Virus record (IMG/VR): IMGVR_UViG_2541047907_000004 | Span: 1 to 43,411 of that record | DNA length: 43,411 nucleotides | From: a virus | Lineage: Duplodnaviria; Heunggongvirae; Uroviricota; Caudoviricetes | Direction: 5' to 3' (one strand) | Shown: positions 28,982 through 37,487 of the stretch, one piece after another | Layout of the letters: the number at the start of each line of letters is the position of its first letter | Position numbering within the stretch: the first letter of the stretch is position 1 | Made by a program: the position numbers and the translations under genes | The notes under the pieces: model-generated | Databases searched by the model: none | Told to the model about the DNA's origin: nothing | What the model saw: only the letters and a program-made list of their open reading frames with translations

Positions 28982-29522
28982 AAGTGCTCCTTTCGTTGCC
29001 GGAAAAATCACCGTAATACTTATCTCGGGCTTCTTCAGCAACTAGTACCGCTAACTCCAGATCATCAAAGCATCCGAAGTGTTTACTCTTGCCATGGAAA
29101 CCTAGCCTAACATTCCATTTTTTCTGTCGTTTGTGCCAAGTAACTCCTCTGCAACCTGATTTGCTGTTCTTTCGGATCCTTATATTTCTTGAATTTTCTA
29201 TTGGCAGGCATTCTCTTAAATTTTCTGGCCTATTGTCGGTCCTAATTCCATTAACGTGGTCAATTTGACCAGCAGGCCAGCGATTATGAGTTATGTAAAA
29301 AACTAAGATGTGAGTTTTATATCTACGCCCATCTATCATGATCATTGAATAACCGTTGGAATCAAAAGTTCCAGCAACACTATTTAATGCTATCCTTCCC
29401 TGAGTGGGAACTTTCCATCTAAATACCCCGGTAGATTTATCGAAACTTAGTAACTCAAATATCCTTTTAACAGTTAAATCTTCTCTTTTACGGTTACATC
29501 GTCTTCGCGCTGGTTTAGCCAT
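28956..29522 (-). CDS. HNH homing-type endonuclease with C-terminal AP2-like DNA-binding domain
   Basis: 188 aa; HNH_3-like core ([16 protein letters not shown]...NRPENL) and AP2-like block ([31 protein letters not shown]); its first 9 codons MAKPARRRC equal the lambda NinG N-terminus. Confidence 0.75.
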   Translation of the reverse strand: MAKPARRRCNRKREDLTVKRIFELLSFDKSTGVFRWKVPTQGRIALNSVAGTFDSNGYSMIMIDGRRYKTHILVFYITHNRWPAGQIDHVNGIRTDNRPENLRECLPIENSRNIRIRKNSKSGCRGVTWHKRQKKWNVRLGFHGKSKHFGCFDDLELAVLVAEEARDKYYGDFSGNERSTYANLSKEM

Positions 29523-29685
29523 CGTATTCTTCCTCGTACATTGAGCTATTCGGATCGCTCATCAGTTCTGCACAGCAGTGCTCACACACGTGAACTTCCA
29601 GCACATGCAGCTTCTGACCGCAATTAGCGCACGTTAAAGCCCGCTCGACGCTTTCTTGTTCGTAACTTCGATTTGGGTCAATCAC
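29515..29685 (-). CDS. ninF: NinF
   Basis: GTG start preceded by GAGGAA; [48 protein letters not shown] matches remembered lambda NinF. Confidence 0.75.
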   Translation of the reverse strand: MIDPNRSYEQESVERALTCANCGQKLHVLEVHVCEHCCAELMSDPNSSMYEEEYDG

Positions 29686-29864
29686 CTTGTATTCCTCGCA
29701 CGATGTCTTAGCCACCGGATATCCCACAGGTGAGCCGTGTAGTTGAAGGTTTTTACGTCAGATTCTTTTGGGATTGGCTTGGGTTTATTTCTGGTGCGTT
29801 TCGTTGGAAGGTATTTGCAGTTTTCGCAGATTATGTCGGTGATACTTCGTCGCTGTCTCGCCAC
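29682..29864 (-). CDS. ninE: NinE
   Basis: 60 aa [35 protein letters not shown]... matching remembered lambda NinE; GTG start 4 nt downstream of AAGGAGG. Confidence 0.8.
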   Translation of the reverse strand: MARQRRSITDIICENCKYLPTKRTRNKPKPIPKESDVKTFNYTAHLWDIRWLRHRARNTR

Positions 29865-30004
29865 ACGTCCTCCTTTTCCTGCGGTAGTGGTAACACCCCT
29901 GTTGGTGTTCTTTCACACCGGAGACACCATCGATTCCAGTAAGGTTGATTTGGTCGGAAGCGGTTATCTTCTTTGCATTCACCGCACCGATAACATCGCA
30001 TCAT
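29831..30004 (-). CDS. ninD: NinD-like small zinc-finger protein (57 aa)
   Basis: Found by manual translation: [31 protein letters not shown]...; ATG overlaps the ninC stop (ATGA); the size equals lambda NinD. Confidence 0.5.
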   Translation of the reverse strand: MMRCYRCGECKEDNRFRPNQPYWNRWCLRCERTPTGVLPLPQEKEDVWRDSDEVSPT

Positions 30005-30873
30005 GCAGCTTCCCTCCCGAAGTCGAAATCAAGCTGCCCTCCAAATATTTCGCATGACTCAGAACAAGAGCCGGTATCGAATCTTTTAGCTCGTACCATG
30101 TCCTGATACAGGGCTTGATAATCATTTTCTGAATACATTTTCGCGATACCGTCCAGCGACATTCTTCCTCGGTACATAATCTCCTTTGGCGTTTCCCGAT
30201 GTCCTTCACGCACATGGGATCCCGTGATGACCTCATTAAAAACACGCTGCAATCCCTCCTCATCTTTGCAGGCAAGTCCGATTTTTTGCGTTGATTTTTT
30301 AATGCAGAATATGCAGTTACCGAGATGTTCCGGTATTTGCAAATCGAATGGTTGTTGCTTCCACCATGCGAGGATATCTTCCTTCTCAAAGTCTGACAGT
30401 TCAGCAAGATATCTGATTCCAGGCTTTGGCTTTAGCCGCTTCGGTTCATCAGCTCTGATGCCAATCCACGTGGTGTAATTCCCTCGCCCGAAATGGTCAT
30501 CACAGTATTTGGTGAAGGGAACGAGTTTTAATCTGTCAGTGCAGAACGCGCCGCCGACGTATGGAGTGCCATATTTCTTTACCATATCGATAAATGGCTT
30601 CAGAACAGGCATTCGCGTCTGAATATCCTTTGGTTCCCATACCGTATAACCATTTGGCTGTCCAAGCTCCGGGTTGATATCAACCTGCAATACGGTGAGC
30701 GGTATATCCCAGAACTTCACAACTTCCCTGACAAACCGATATGTCATTGGATGTTCACAACCTGTATCCATGAAAACGTAATGCACGTCTTTACCTGCCC
30801 GTCGCTTTTGCTCCATTAGCCAGAGCAAATATGCTGACGTCCTGCCACCGGAGAAACTAACGACATTTATCAT
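30001..30873 (-). CDS. ninC: NinC (PAPS reductase-like PP-loop protein)
   Basis: From [25 protein letters not shown]...; PP-loop SGGRTS; matches remembered lambda NinC; ATGA overlap with ninB. Confidence 0.8.
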   Translation of the reverse strand: MINVVSFSGGRTSAYLLWLMEQKRRAGKDVHYVFMDTGCEHPMTYRFVREVVKFWDIPLTVLQVDINPELGQPNGYTVWEPKDIQTRMPVLKPFIDMVKKYGTPYVGGAFCTDRLKLVPFTKYCDDHFGRGNYTTWIGIRADEPKRLKPKPGIRYLAELSDFEKEDILAWWKQQPFDLQIPEHLGNCIFCIKKSTQKIGLACKDEEGLQRVFNEVITGSHVREGHRETPKEIMYRGRMSLDGIAKMYSENDYQALYQDMVRAKRFDTGSCSESCEIFGGQLDFDFGREAA

Positions 30874-31310
30874 GCAGCCCTGTCTCCCCATCTCGCTTTC
30901 CACTCCAGAGCCAGTCTCGCTTCGTCTGACCACTTAACGCCACGCTCTGTACCGAATGCCTGTATAAGCTCTAATAGCTCCGCAAATTCGCCTACACGCA
31001 TCCTGCTGGTTGACTGGCCTATTACCACAAAGCCATTCCCAGCAAGGTTAGGAACAACATCCTGCTGCTTTAATGCTGCGGTAAACACACACTTCCAGCT
31101 TTCTGCATCCAGCCAGCGACCATGCCATTCAACCTGACGAGAGACGTCACCAAGGCAAGCCCAAAGCTTTCGATTTTGGTCTAAGCTGCGGTTGCGCTCC
31201 TGAATGGTTACTACGATTGGTTTTGTTGGGTCTGGAAGGATTTGCTGTACCGCGTGAATAGCGTTTTGCTGATGTGCTGGGGATCGAATTTCAAAGGTTA
31301 GTTTTTTCAT
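30870..31310 (-). CDS. ninB: NinB (recombination protein)
   Basis: 146 aa MKKLTFEIRSPAHQQNAIHAVQQILPDPTKPIVVTIQERNRSLDQNRKLWACLGDVSRQVEWHGRW..., matching remembered lambda NinB. Confidence 0.85.
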   Translation of the reverse strand: MKKLTFEIRSPAHQQNAIHAVQQILPDPTKPIVVTIQERNRSLDQNRKLWACLGDVSRQVEWHGRWLDAESWKCVFTAALKQQDVVPNLAGNGFVVIGQSTSRMRVGEFAELLELIQAFGTERGVKWSDEARLALEWKARWGDRAA

Positions 31311-31383
31311 GACTTCCCTCTCTCCCAAATAAAAAGGCCTGCGATTACCAGCAGGCCTGTTATTAGCTCAGTGATGTAGATGG

Positions 31384-31674
31384 TCATTGCCTTACCTCCA
31401 TAAGCGCCCTATTAATAAACGCCGTCATTGGATTTGCACATCCCCACCCCGTACCATCTGGATTTCTTTTAATTGGCTCCTTCTTCACTTTGCGTTTTGC
31501 ATAAATAACCGTCTTCCACTTACGCTCAACAACACTCAAATGTCCTTGTTTCACCATATGCCTTGCTGCTTGAGCGATTCTGTTATTTGGTATTCCGGTG
31601 ATCAGTGCTAATTCATGTGGGGAGAATTGTTCATGAGTTTTCAGATATTCCAGGATGATTTCTTTTCCAGTCAC
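31384..31674 (-). CDS. Ren-like protein
   Basis: 96 aa, GTG start overlapping the loader gene stop; N-terminus TGKEIILEYLKTHEQFSPHELALITG resembles remembered lambda Ren; sits where ren sits in lambda. Confidence 0.5.
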   Translation of the reverse strand: MTGKEIILEYLKTHEQFSPHELALITGIPNNRIAQAARHMVKQGHLSVVERKWKTVIYAKRKVKKEPIKRNPDGTGWGCANPMTAFINRALMEVRQ

Positions 31675-32516
31675 GATCTGCTCCTGTAACTATCCCATGT
31701 AAACGCAAGAGTGCACCCGCCGCCATCATTCATCCTGTCAATAACACGCTCACCAATGAATGCAGACAGTTCATCTTTGCTCTGGTTGCTAATCAGGATT
31801 GTTGGCTTCATGCGCTCGTAGCGGGTGTTGATGATTTCGAACATGATCATCTTTTCCGCCTCGCTTCCAAACTGCACACCAACCTCATCGATAATTAGCA
31901 GGTCAGGTTTAGTGAACTGTCGGATCACTTCATCCTCTGTGCGGGTGGAGTTTTTCGACCATGTTGATTTATATTCTCTGGCAATTTTCAGCGCCGTTGT
32001 GAAAATAGCTGAGCTTTGATGTTCCGTAATTGCGTGCCGGGCGATAGCCAGTGCAAGATGATTCTTTCCAGTACCAGGCTTTCCACACATAACCAGCCCA
32101 CCGCCTTTCTGTAACCTCTCAGGCCATTTGCTGGCGTATGCCTGACACACCCTGAGCACTCTCTTTGCATCGTCGTTGACTGGCTCGTAGTTCTGTAGTG
32201 TGCAACCCTTGAATCGTTCGGGAATATCAAGATTATTCAACAAAAACTCGACATTTCGCTTACGTGATTCCTCGTCGATTTTAATCTTCTCTGCCTGTAG
32301 CTGAATAAGCTCATCTCTCATGCATTCCGGGCATTCGCTAGGTCTTGAGGCAAACTTAATTGGCCCAGTCGAGTAACGGTTACGCTGCTCAAACTCACCA
32401 TGTTTTTCACAGATGCCAGTGCCAATTTCTACAGCTGTATGCTCGATAGCAATTGGCGGAGAACTCAATTCTGCAAGTTTTTTCTCCAGTTGGGAGATCT
32501 TTTCATCCAGCGTCAT
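31671..32516 (-). CDS. Replication protein, DnaC-like helicase loader (AAA+ ATPase)
   Basis: Walker A GKPGTGKNHLALAIA and Walker B DLLIIDEVG; immediately downstream of the O-like initiator. Confidence 0.8.
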   Translation of the reverse strand: MTLDEKISQLEKKLAELSSPPIAIEHTAVEIGTGICEKHGEFEQRNRYSTGPIKFASRPSECPECMRDELIQLQAEKIKIDEESRKRNVEFLLNNLDIPERFKGCTLQNYEPVNDDAKRVLRVCQAYASKWPERLQKGGGLVMCGKPGTGKNHLALAIARHAITEHQSSAIFTTALKIAREYKSTWSKNSTRTEDEVIRQFTKPDLLIIDEVGVQFGSEAEKMIMFEIINTRYERMKPTILISNQSKDELSAFIGERVIDRMNDGGGCTLAFTWDSYRSRS

Positions 32517-32518
32517 GT

Positions 32519-33364
32519 TCACTCCTGCGCCCATGAAGGCATTTCAGTTTGCCCGTAATCTTTGGCGGCAAAGTTTTCCTGCATAGCTCGCTGCTGCGGC
32601 CTCGGTTGAGATTTCCCCTTTGGAGTCTTGGGTTCAAAAATCCCCTGCCAACCACTGGCGATGCTCTGGTTTATAATTTCTTCAGGTGTATATCCCTTCT
32701 CCAGACTTCTGCTTAGAACGTTGATAGCCTGAGTGACGCTTTGCTTAGACTTGATCGACTTACCTATCTCCTTGCGATAGGTAACCCACGACAACCATGT
32801 TTCTGCCGATAACCAATCAGGCAACTCTGTTTCTAGCGGGTCGAACTTCTGAGAAATTTTTTTGGGGGATATAGGGGGTTTATTAATATTTTCTTTTGTC
32901 TTTAAAGAATGTCTTTTGTGTGTCTCTAACTTCGAGACATTGAGTGTCTCTAATTTGGAGACATTTTTTGTCTCTAACTTCGAGACAAAGTTGCTAACTT
33001 GGAGACACTTGCTGAATTGCCACGCAGATACCTCCCTGTTTACACCGATTTGATTTCCATCCATAAACAGGCAATTCATTGAAATCAGTTCTTTTTTAGC
33101 CTTGTTAACATTCTGCCTTGATAGTCCTGTTAACTGAGCAATTTGCTCATCGGCTATTCGATCTGTTTTCTTATTGAATCCATATGTTTTCCGGACGTAG
33201 GCCAGCATAACTTTCAACTGGCGAGCGGTTAAATCGGCACTTGCGATAGCTTCCAGCAGCTCGTTAGCGAATCTGGTGTAACCATCATCGATATCAGCCA
33301 CTCTTAGCTCCTGTTCGGCAAAGTTACCTCTGCCGAAGTTGAGTATTTTTGCTGTATTTGTCAT
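32519..33364 (-). CDS. O: Replication initiator O-like protein (origin-binding), ori embedded in the gene
   Basis: N-terminus MTNTAKILNFGRGNFAEQELRVADIDDGY... matches remembered lambda O N-terminal domain; AGGAG RBS; four iterons inside the coding sequence. Confidence 0.85.
   Translation of the reverse strand: MTNTAKILNFGRGNFAEQELRVADIDDGYTRFANELLEAIASADLTARQLKVMLAYVRKTYGFNKKTDRIADEQIAQLTGLSRQNVNKAKKELISMNCLFMDGNQIGVNREVSAWQFSKCLQVSNFVSKLETKNVSKLETLNVSKLETHKRHSLKTKENINKPPISPKKISQKFDPLETELPDWLSAETWLSWVTYRKEIGKSIKSKQSVTQAINVLSRSLEKGYTPEEIINQSIASGWQGIFEPKTPKGKSQPRPQQRAMQENFAAKDYGQTEMPSWAQE
32921..33007. repeat. Replication origin iterons: four ~19-bp palindromic units (TGTCTCTAACTTCGAGACA-like) at 24-bp spacing, with an AT-rich tract at 32860-32920
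   Basis: Units at 32921-32939, 32945-32963, 32969-32987 and 32990-33007 read directly in the sequence; arrangement parallels the lambda ori inside O. Confidence 0.75.
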
Positions 33365-33396
33365 AATGACTCCTGTGAATTGATCCAGTAATGACC

Positions 33397-33690
33397 TCAG
33401 AATTCCATCTGGATTTGTTCAGAACGCTCGGTTGCCGCCGGGCGTTTTTTATTGGTGAGAATCGAAGCAACTTGTCGTGCCAATCGAGCCATGTCGTCGT
33501 CGACGACACCCCATTCAAGAACAGCAAGCAGCATTGAGAACTTTGGAATCCAATCCCTCTTCCACCTGCTGATCTGCGACTTATCAACTCCCACAGCTTC
33601 CGCTGTCTTCTCAGTTCCAAGCATTGCGATTTTGTTAAGCAACGCACTCTCGATTCTTAGAGCCTCGTTGCGTTTGTTTGCACGAACCAT
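33397..33690 (-). CDS. cII: Transcriptional activator CII
   Basis: 97 aa MVRANKRNEALRIESALLNKIAMLGTEKTAEAVGVDKSQISRWKRDWIPKFSMLLAVLEWGVVDD..., essentially the remembered lambda CII; lambda-like RBS taaggaaatacttacatATG. Confidence 0.9.
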   Translation of the reverse strand: MVRANKRNEALRIESALLNKIAMLGTEKTAEAVGVDKSQISRWKRDWIPKFSMLLAVLEWGVVDDDMARLARQVASILTNKKRPAATERSEQIQMEF

Positions 33691-33751
33691 ATGTAAGTAT
33701 TTCCTTAGATAACAATTGATTGAATGTATGCAAATAAATGCATACACCATA

Positions 33752-33800
33752 GGTGTGGTTTAATTTGATGCCCTTTTTCAGGGCTGGGATGTGTAAGAGC
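33752..33800 (-). promoter_or_regulatory. nutR (boxA and boxB hairpin GCCCTGAAAAAGGGC)
   Basis: Minus-strand sequence AGCTCTTACACATCCCAGCCCTGAAAAAGGGCATCAAATTAAACCACACC matches remembered lambda nutR almost base for base. Confidence 0.8.
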
Positions 33801-33809
33801 TGGAATGTC

Positions 33810-34025
33810 TTAAGCGGCTTTGTGTTCCGGCGGGAACACGTCATCAAGACTGACTTTTGCGCCTAACTTGTTTAGGCACTCAACAAGAGCACGGCATGTT
33901 TTAAGGTCTGGGAAGCGACGACCAGATTCCCAATGTCCGATAGCTCCCTGTGTGCATCCAACTGCCTTAGCAAGTGTTGTTTGAGAGATATTCAGTGACT
34001 CTCGATATTTTCGTAGGTTGCTCAT
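33810..34025 (-). CDS. cro: Cro-like repressor (XRE-family helix-turn-helix)
   Basis: 71 aa from ATG 34025 (MSNLRKYRESLNISQTTLAKAVGCTQGAIGHWESGRR...), GGAGGG just upstream; divergent from cI; the longer ORF-track version has no support. Confidence 0.7.
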   Translation of the reverse strand: MSNLRKYRESLNISQTTLAKAVGCTQGAIGHWESGRRFPDLKTCRALVECLNKLGAKVSLDDVFPPEHKAA

Positions 34026-34142
34026 ATGCCCTCCATAGTAACCATGAAGCAATAATACGATATGTACTTTTAGAATGCAAACAAAAAATACATCTTGTGC
34101 ATGGATGATTTTAGTACAGAGCGTAATAATAAGGGTATGAAA
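34026..34142. promoter_or_regulatory. Immunity region operator/promoter interval (OR, pR, pRM) between divergent cro and cI
   Basis: About 117 bp AT-rich intergenic region between divergent repressor genes; individual operators were not resolved by eye. Confidence 0.5.
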
Positions 34143-34796
34143 ATGAAATGGTATGAACTGGCTAGATCCAGAATGAAAGAGCTCGGCATAACTCAAGAGA
34201 AGTTAGCTGAAGAGCTTGGTATGACGCAGGGTGGAATTGGTCACTGGTTGCGCGGATCTCGTCATCCATCTCTTGACGAGATTGGTGTGGTGTTTAAATA
34301 CCTTGGTATTGATAACGTCTCATTCAACCACGACGGTACATTTTCACCTGTTGGCGAATACTCATCTGCCCCCGTTAAAAAACAATATGAGTACCCTGTT
34401 TTTTCTCATGTTCAGGCCGGGATGTTCTCGCCTGAGCTTAGAACCTTTACCAAAGGTGATGCGGAGAGATGGGTCAGCACAACCAAAAAAGCCAGTGATT
34501 GTGCGTTCTGGCTTGAAGTTGAAGGTAATTCCATGACCGCGCCAACAGGATCCAAGCCAAGCTTTCCTGACGGGATGTTAATTCTCGTTGACCCTGAGCA
34601 GGCTGTTGAGCCAGGTGATTTCTGCATAGCCAGACTTGGTGGTGACGAGTTTACCTTCAAGAAACTGATCAGGGATAGCGGTCAGGTGTTCCTACAGCCA
34701 CTAAACCCGCAATATCCAATGATTCCATGCAATGATAGCTGTTCCGTAGTAGGGAAAGTTATCGCCAGCCAGTGGCCTGAAGAGACATTTAGTTAA
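34143..34796 (+). CDS. cI: CI-type prophage repressor (HTH N-terminal domain plus LexA-like S24 autocleavage domain)
   Basis: C-terminal ~100 aa ([73 protein letters not shown]...) match remembered lambda CI; the N-terminal domain differs; in-frame alternative starts at 34101 and 34137. Confidence 0.85.
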   Translation: MKWYELARSRMKELGITQEKLAEELGMTQGGIGHWLRGSRHPSLDEIGVVFKYLGIDNVSFNHDGTFSPVGEYSSAPVKKQYEYPVFSHVQAGMFSPELRTFTKGDAERWVSTTKKASDCAFWLEVEGNSMTAPTGSKPSFPDGMLILVDPEQAVEPGDFCIARLGGDEFTFKKLIRDSGQVFLQPLNPQYPMIPCNDSCSVVGKVIASQWPEETFS

Positions 34797-34827
34797 CAGC
34801 CTCACAACTCTAAAACACACAACAATA

Positions 34828-34856
34828 ACCCGACCTTAGCGTCGGGTTTTCTTTTT
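34828..34856 (+). terminator. Intrinsic terminator downstream of cI
   Basis: Hairpin acccgac-cttagc-gtcgggt followed by tttcttttt. Confidence 0.7.
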
Positions 34857-34921
34857 CCAAAATATAAACCTATTAAATACAAAGCGTTATAAAAAACTAA
34901 TTATATTTAGAACATTTTGTA

Positions 34922-34950
34922 TTGACTCGATAAAGTACAAATCGTACTAT
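34922..34950 (+). promoter_or_regulatory. Candidate pL promoter (-35 TTGACT, 17-bp spacer, -10 TACTAT)
   Basis: Hexamers at 34922-34927 and 34945-34950 upstream of nutL and N; GTAC-containing half-sites in the spacer may be operator elements. Confidence 0.45.
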
Positions 34951-34989
34951 TTAGCCATCAGCAGGACGTACTAACCACCATGAAGGTGA

Positions 34990-35020
34990 TGCTCTTAAAA
35001 ATTTAGCCCTGAAGAAGGGC
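34990..35020 (+). promoter_or_regulatory. nutL (boxA-like TGCTCTTAA and boxB hairpin GCCCTGAAGAAGGGC)
   Basis: Matches remembered lambda nutL boxA/boxB; located in the leader upstream of N. Confidence 0.8.
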
Positions 35021-35130
35021 AGCATTCAAAGCAGAAGGCTTTGAGTAGCGCGAAATGCAGCTGCAAGACAGCAACCGTGGAGATAAGCATCACGGCGCGT
35101 TACTCAAAGCTAACTGACAGGAGAATCCAG

Positions 35131-35457
35131 ATGGATGCACAAACACGCCGCCGCGAACGTCGCGCAGAGAAACAGGCTCAATGGAAAGCAGCAAATCCCC
35201 TGTTGGTTGGGGTAAGCGCAAAACCAGTTAACCGCCCTATTCTCTCGCTGAATCGCAAACCGAAATCACGAGTAGAAAGCGCACTGAATCCGATAGACCT
35301 TACGGTGCTGGCTGAATACCACGAACAGATTGAAAGCAACCTGCAACGTATTGAGCGCAAGAATCAGCGCACATGGTACAGCAAGCCACGCAGTGAAATG
35401 GGGGTGACTTGTGTTGGTCGCCAGAAAATGAAATTAGGCAGCAAACCACTTATTTGA
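35131..35457 (+). CDS. N: Antitermination protein N
   Basis: MDAQTRRRERRAEKQAQWKAANPLLVGVSAKPVNRPILSLNRKPKSRVESALNPIDLTVLAEYH... matching remembered lambda N; AGGAGA RBS. Confidence 0.9.
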   Translation: MDAQTRRRERRAEKQAQWKAANPLLVGVSAKPVNRPILSLNRKPKSRVESALNPIDLTVLAEYHEQIESNLQRIERKNQRTWYSKPRSEMGVTCVGRQKMKLGSKPLI

Positions 35458-35465
35458 GGTGATAT

Positions 35466-35552
35466 ATGGAAGAAGAATTTGAAGAGTTCGAAGAGCATCC
35501 GCAGGATGTGATGGAACAATACCAGGACTATCCGTATGACTACGACTATTGA
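35466..35552 (+). CDS. Possible 28-aa acidic micro-protein (MEEEFEEFEEHPQDVMEQYQDYPYDYDY)
   Basis: ATG 6 nt downstream of GAGGTGA, immediately after the N stop; overlaps the ral start by 17 nt; not in the ORF track because of its size. Confidence 0.3.
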   Translation: MEEEFEEFEEHPQDVMEQYQDYPYDYDY

Positions 35553-35736
35553 TAAGAATCAATGGTGTGGACAATTCAAACGATGCAATGGATGCAAGCT
35601 GCAATCGGAATGCATGGTTAAGCCTGAAGAAATGTTTCCTGTAATGGAAGATGGGAAATATGTCGATAAATGGGCAATACGAACGACGGCAATGATTGCC
35701 AGAGAACTTGGTAAACAGAATAACAAGGCTGCCTGA
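35536..35736 (+). CDS. ral: Restriction alleviation protein Ral
   Basis: 66 aa MTTTIDKNQWCGQFKRCNGCKLQSECMVKPEEMFPVMEDGKYVDKW..., matching remembered lambda Ral. Confidence 0.8.
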   Translation: MTTTIDKNQWCGQFKRCNGCKLQSECMVKPEEMFPVMEDGKYVDKWAIRTTAMIARELGKQNNKAA

Positions 35737-35775
35737 TGGTGGCCTTTATTTTTGGCACTAACAACAGAGGCTAAC

Positions 35776-36072
35776 ATGGAATTTAAAGGTACTGAAGGTA
35801 AGTGGGAAATAATGATGGATGGCGATGAGATTAAAATCATCCAGGCAGACTCTCTTGAAAATGGCACAGGCTGGCGTTCGTATATTGCAATCTGTGAGGA
35901 AGTTCAATGCATTGAAGATGCCAATCTAATAGCGGCAGCACCTGACCTTCTCGAAGCACTTCAGTTATTACTTAAGCAATCCAAAAATAGAACAACGACA
36001 ACATATCCAGAATGGTATGGAGCTGTTAATAAAGGTCTCGCAGCAATCAGAAAAGCCATAGGTGATGAGTAA
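35776..36072 (+). CDS. Hypothetical early protein (98 aa)
   Basis: ATG 5 nt downstream of AGAGG; contains a NLIAAAPDLLEAL-type motif seen in many enterobacterial phage proteins of unknown function. Confidence 0.5.
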   Translation: MEFKGTEGKWEIMMDGDEIKIIQADSLENGTGWRSYIAICEEVQCIEDANLIAAAPDLLEALQLLLKQSKNRTTTTYPEWYGAVNKGLAAIRKAIGDE

Positions 36073-36230
36073 TGAATAAGAAATACATTGTTGAAGTTAT
36101 AGATCGAGAAACGAAAGAAGTAATTAAACATTTCGAATTTGATAATTATAGAAAAGCTGACCGCGTCGAAGAAGGATTGTTGCGACAAAGTAATCTCGAA
36201 AAATTTGATGTTGTCATGCGATGCGAATAA
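36072..36230 (+). CDS. Hypothetical small protein (52 aa)
   Basis: ATG overlapping the upstream stop (TAATG); found by manual translation. Confidence 0.35.
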   Translation: MNKKYIVEVIDRETKEVIKHFEFDNYRKADRVEEGLLRQSNLEKFDVVMRCE

Positions 36231-36323
36231 GCGCCTATAGCAGATTTGCGAGTCTGCTATGTGAGCAATGTCGCTCGTAACTAAACAGGAGCCGACTTGT
36301 TCTGATTATTGGAAATCTTCTTT

Positions 36324-36350
36324 GCCCTCCAGTGTGAGGGCAATTTTTTT
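36324..36350 (+). terminator. Intrinsic terminator-like hairpin within the early-left operon
   Basis: Hairpin gccctc-cagtgt-gagggc followed by aattttttt, upstream of the 36363 gene. Confidence 0.45.
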
Positions 36351-36362
36351 GACGGAGGATAT

Positions 36363-37331
36363 ATGAGTGAAGTAACAGATTTAGTTGTTATTGAAAAAGC
36401 AAATGCAATGACTGTATTTCAGTCTGCCGACCAGATTGAAGAAATCCTTCAAAGGGTTGAACGTGAAGTTATGTCCTTTGTGCCTGATATCACAACGGCA
36501 AAGGGCAGAAAGGAGATCGCTTCTCTGGCGTATAAAGTTGCGCAGACGAAAACATATCTCGATGGTCTTGGCAAAGACCTTGTTGCTGAACTGAAGGAAA
36601 TTCCAAAGCTAATTGATGCCAACCGCAAGACAGTGCGTGATCGCCTTGATGAGCTGAAAGCCAAGGCGCGCCAGCCTCTTACTGATTATGAGGAGGAACA
36701 GGCACGGATTAAAGCCGAAGAAGAAGCTAAGGCAGCAGCTGAAGCTCTCGCAAAGCAAATTGAGTCTGACCATGAAATAGCGATTTTGATGGATCGCGAA
36801 TTTGACCGCCAAAGAGAAGAGGCAAGACTCAAAGCGGAGCGGGAAAAGCGAGAGCATGAAGAACGCTTAAAAAGAGAAGCTGAAGAGAGAGCCAGAGCAG
36901 AAGCCGAAGCAAAGGCAAAAGCCGAAATTGAAGCAGCAGCAAGGCGAGAAGCAGAAGCTAAGGCCGCAGCGGAACGTGCAGAGCGTGAACGCATTGAAGC
37001 CGAGCAACGAGCACAGCGCGAAGCAAAAGAGGCAGCAGAACGAGCTGAAAGAGAAAAGCAGGCGGCAATTGAAGCAGAACGCCGAAAAGCACAGGAGGAG
37101 GCTGAACGAATCCGGCGCGAGGCTGAAGCAAAAGAGCAAGCCAGAATAGCAGAAGAAAAAAGAATCAAGGAAGAAGAAGAGCGTAGAGCAAAGGATAAAG
37201 CTCACCGGAAAGAAGTAAATAACAAAATACTTGCTGACCTTATCAAGGTTGGTGCATCAGAAGATGTTGCTAAAAATATCATAACAGCCATCGTAAAAGG
37301 CGAAGTATTCGCAACAAAAATAACCTACTAA
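36363..37331 (+). CDS. Hypothetical protein with long low-complexity E/A/R/K-rich helical region (322 aa)
   Basis: ATG downstream of GGAGG; N-terminal globular region, central repeats (AEREKREHEERLKREAEERARAEAEAKAKAE...), C-terminal globular region. Confidence 0.55.
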   Translation: MSEVTDLVVIEKANAMTVFQSADQIEEILQRVEREVMSFVPDITTAKGRKEIASLAYKVAQTKTYLDGLGKDLVAELKEIPKLIDANRKTVRDRLDELKAKARQPLTDYEEEQARIKAEEEAKAAAEALAKQIESDHEIAILMDREFDRQREEARLKAEREKREHEERLKREAEERARAEAEAKAKAEIEAAARREAEAKAAAERAERERIEAEQRAQREAKEAAERAEREKQAAIEAERRKAQEEAERIRREAEAKEQARIAEEKRIKEEEERRAKDKAHRKEVNNKILADLIKVGASEDVAKNIITAIVKGEVFATKITY

Positions 37332-37355
37332 TAAAACCAACATAAGGAACCACCC

Positions 37356-37487
37356 ATGATTTACGCAATCGCGGGAGGCGCTCGCATGGGTGCCTTCCAA
37401 TTAAATGAATCTTTACTTGAACGAATCACCCGTAAATTACGTGACGGATGGAAAAGAGTTGAGGTCTTATTATGCGCAATGAAATAG
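37356..37487 (+). CDS. Hypothetical small protein (43 aa)
   Basis: ATG downstream of AAGGAA; found by manual translation. Confidence 0.3.
   Translation: MIYAIAGGARMGAFQLNESLLERITRKLRDGWKRVEVLLCAMK

Noticed and set aside
29785-30407. ORF-track ORFs 29785-29982 and 29979-30407 on the minus strand
   Set aside because: Both are alternative frames overlapping better-supported genes (ninE, ninD, ninC); the ninD-like frame found by manual translation (29831-30004) and the PP-loop-containing NinC frame explain the region.
32921-33007. The ori iterons as a possible CRISPR array
   Set aside because: Only four palindromic units with a 24-bp period, located inside the O gene next to an AT-rich tract; no spacer diversity and no cas genes. 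This is a replication origin.
34026-34196. The long 128-codon version of the cro ORF (33810-34196) and the TTG-initiated long cI (from 34095)
   Set aside because: The extended N-termini run through the operator region and lack HTH-compatible sequence; internal starts with ribosome-binding sites give proteins of the expected size.
36686-37205. Two long minus-strand ORFs (160 and 112 codons) opposite the 322-aa gene
   Set aside because: They are mirror artefacts of the GAA/GCA-rich repeat coding for the E/A/R/K region; their translations are Ser/Ala/Cys/Phe low-complexity with no start context.
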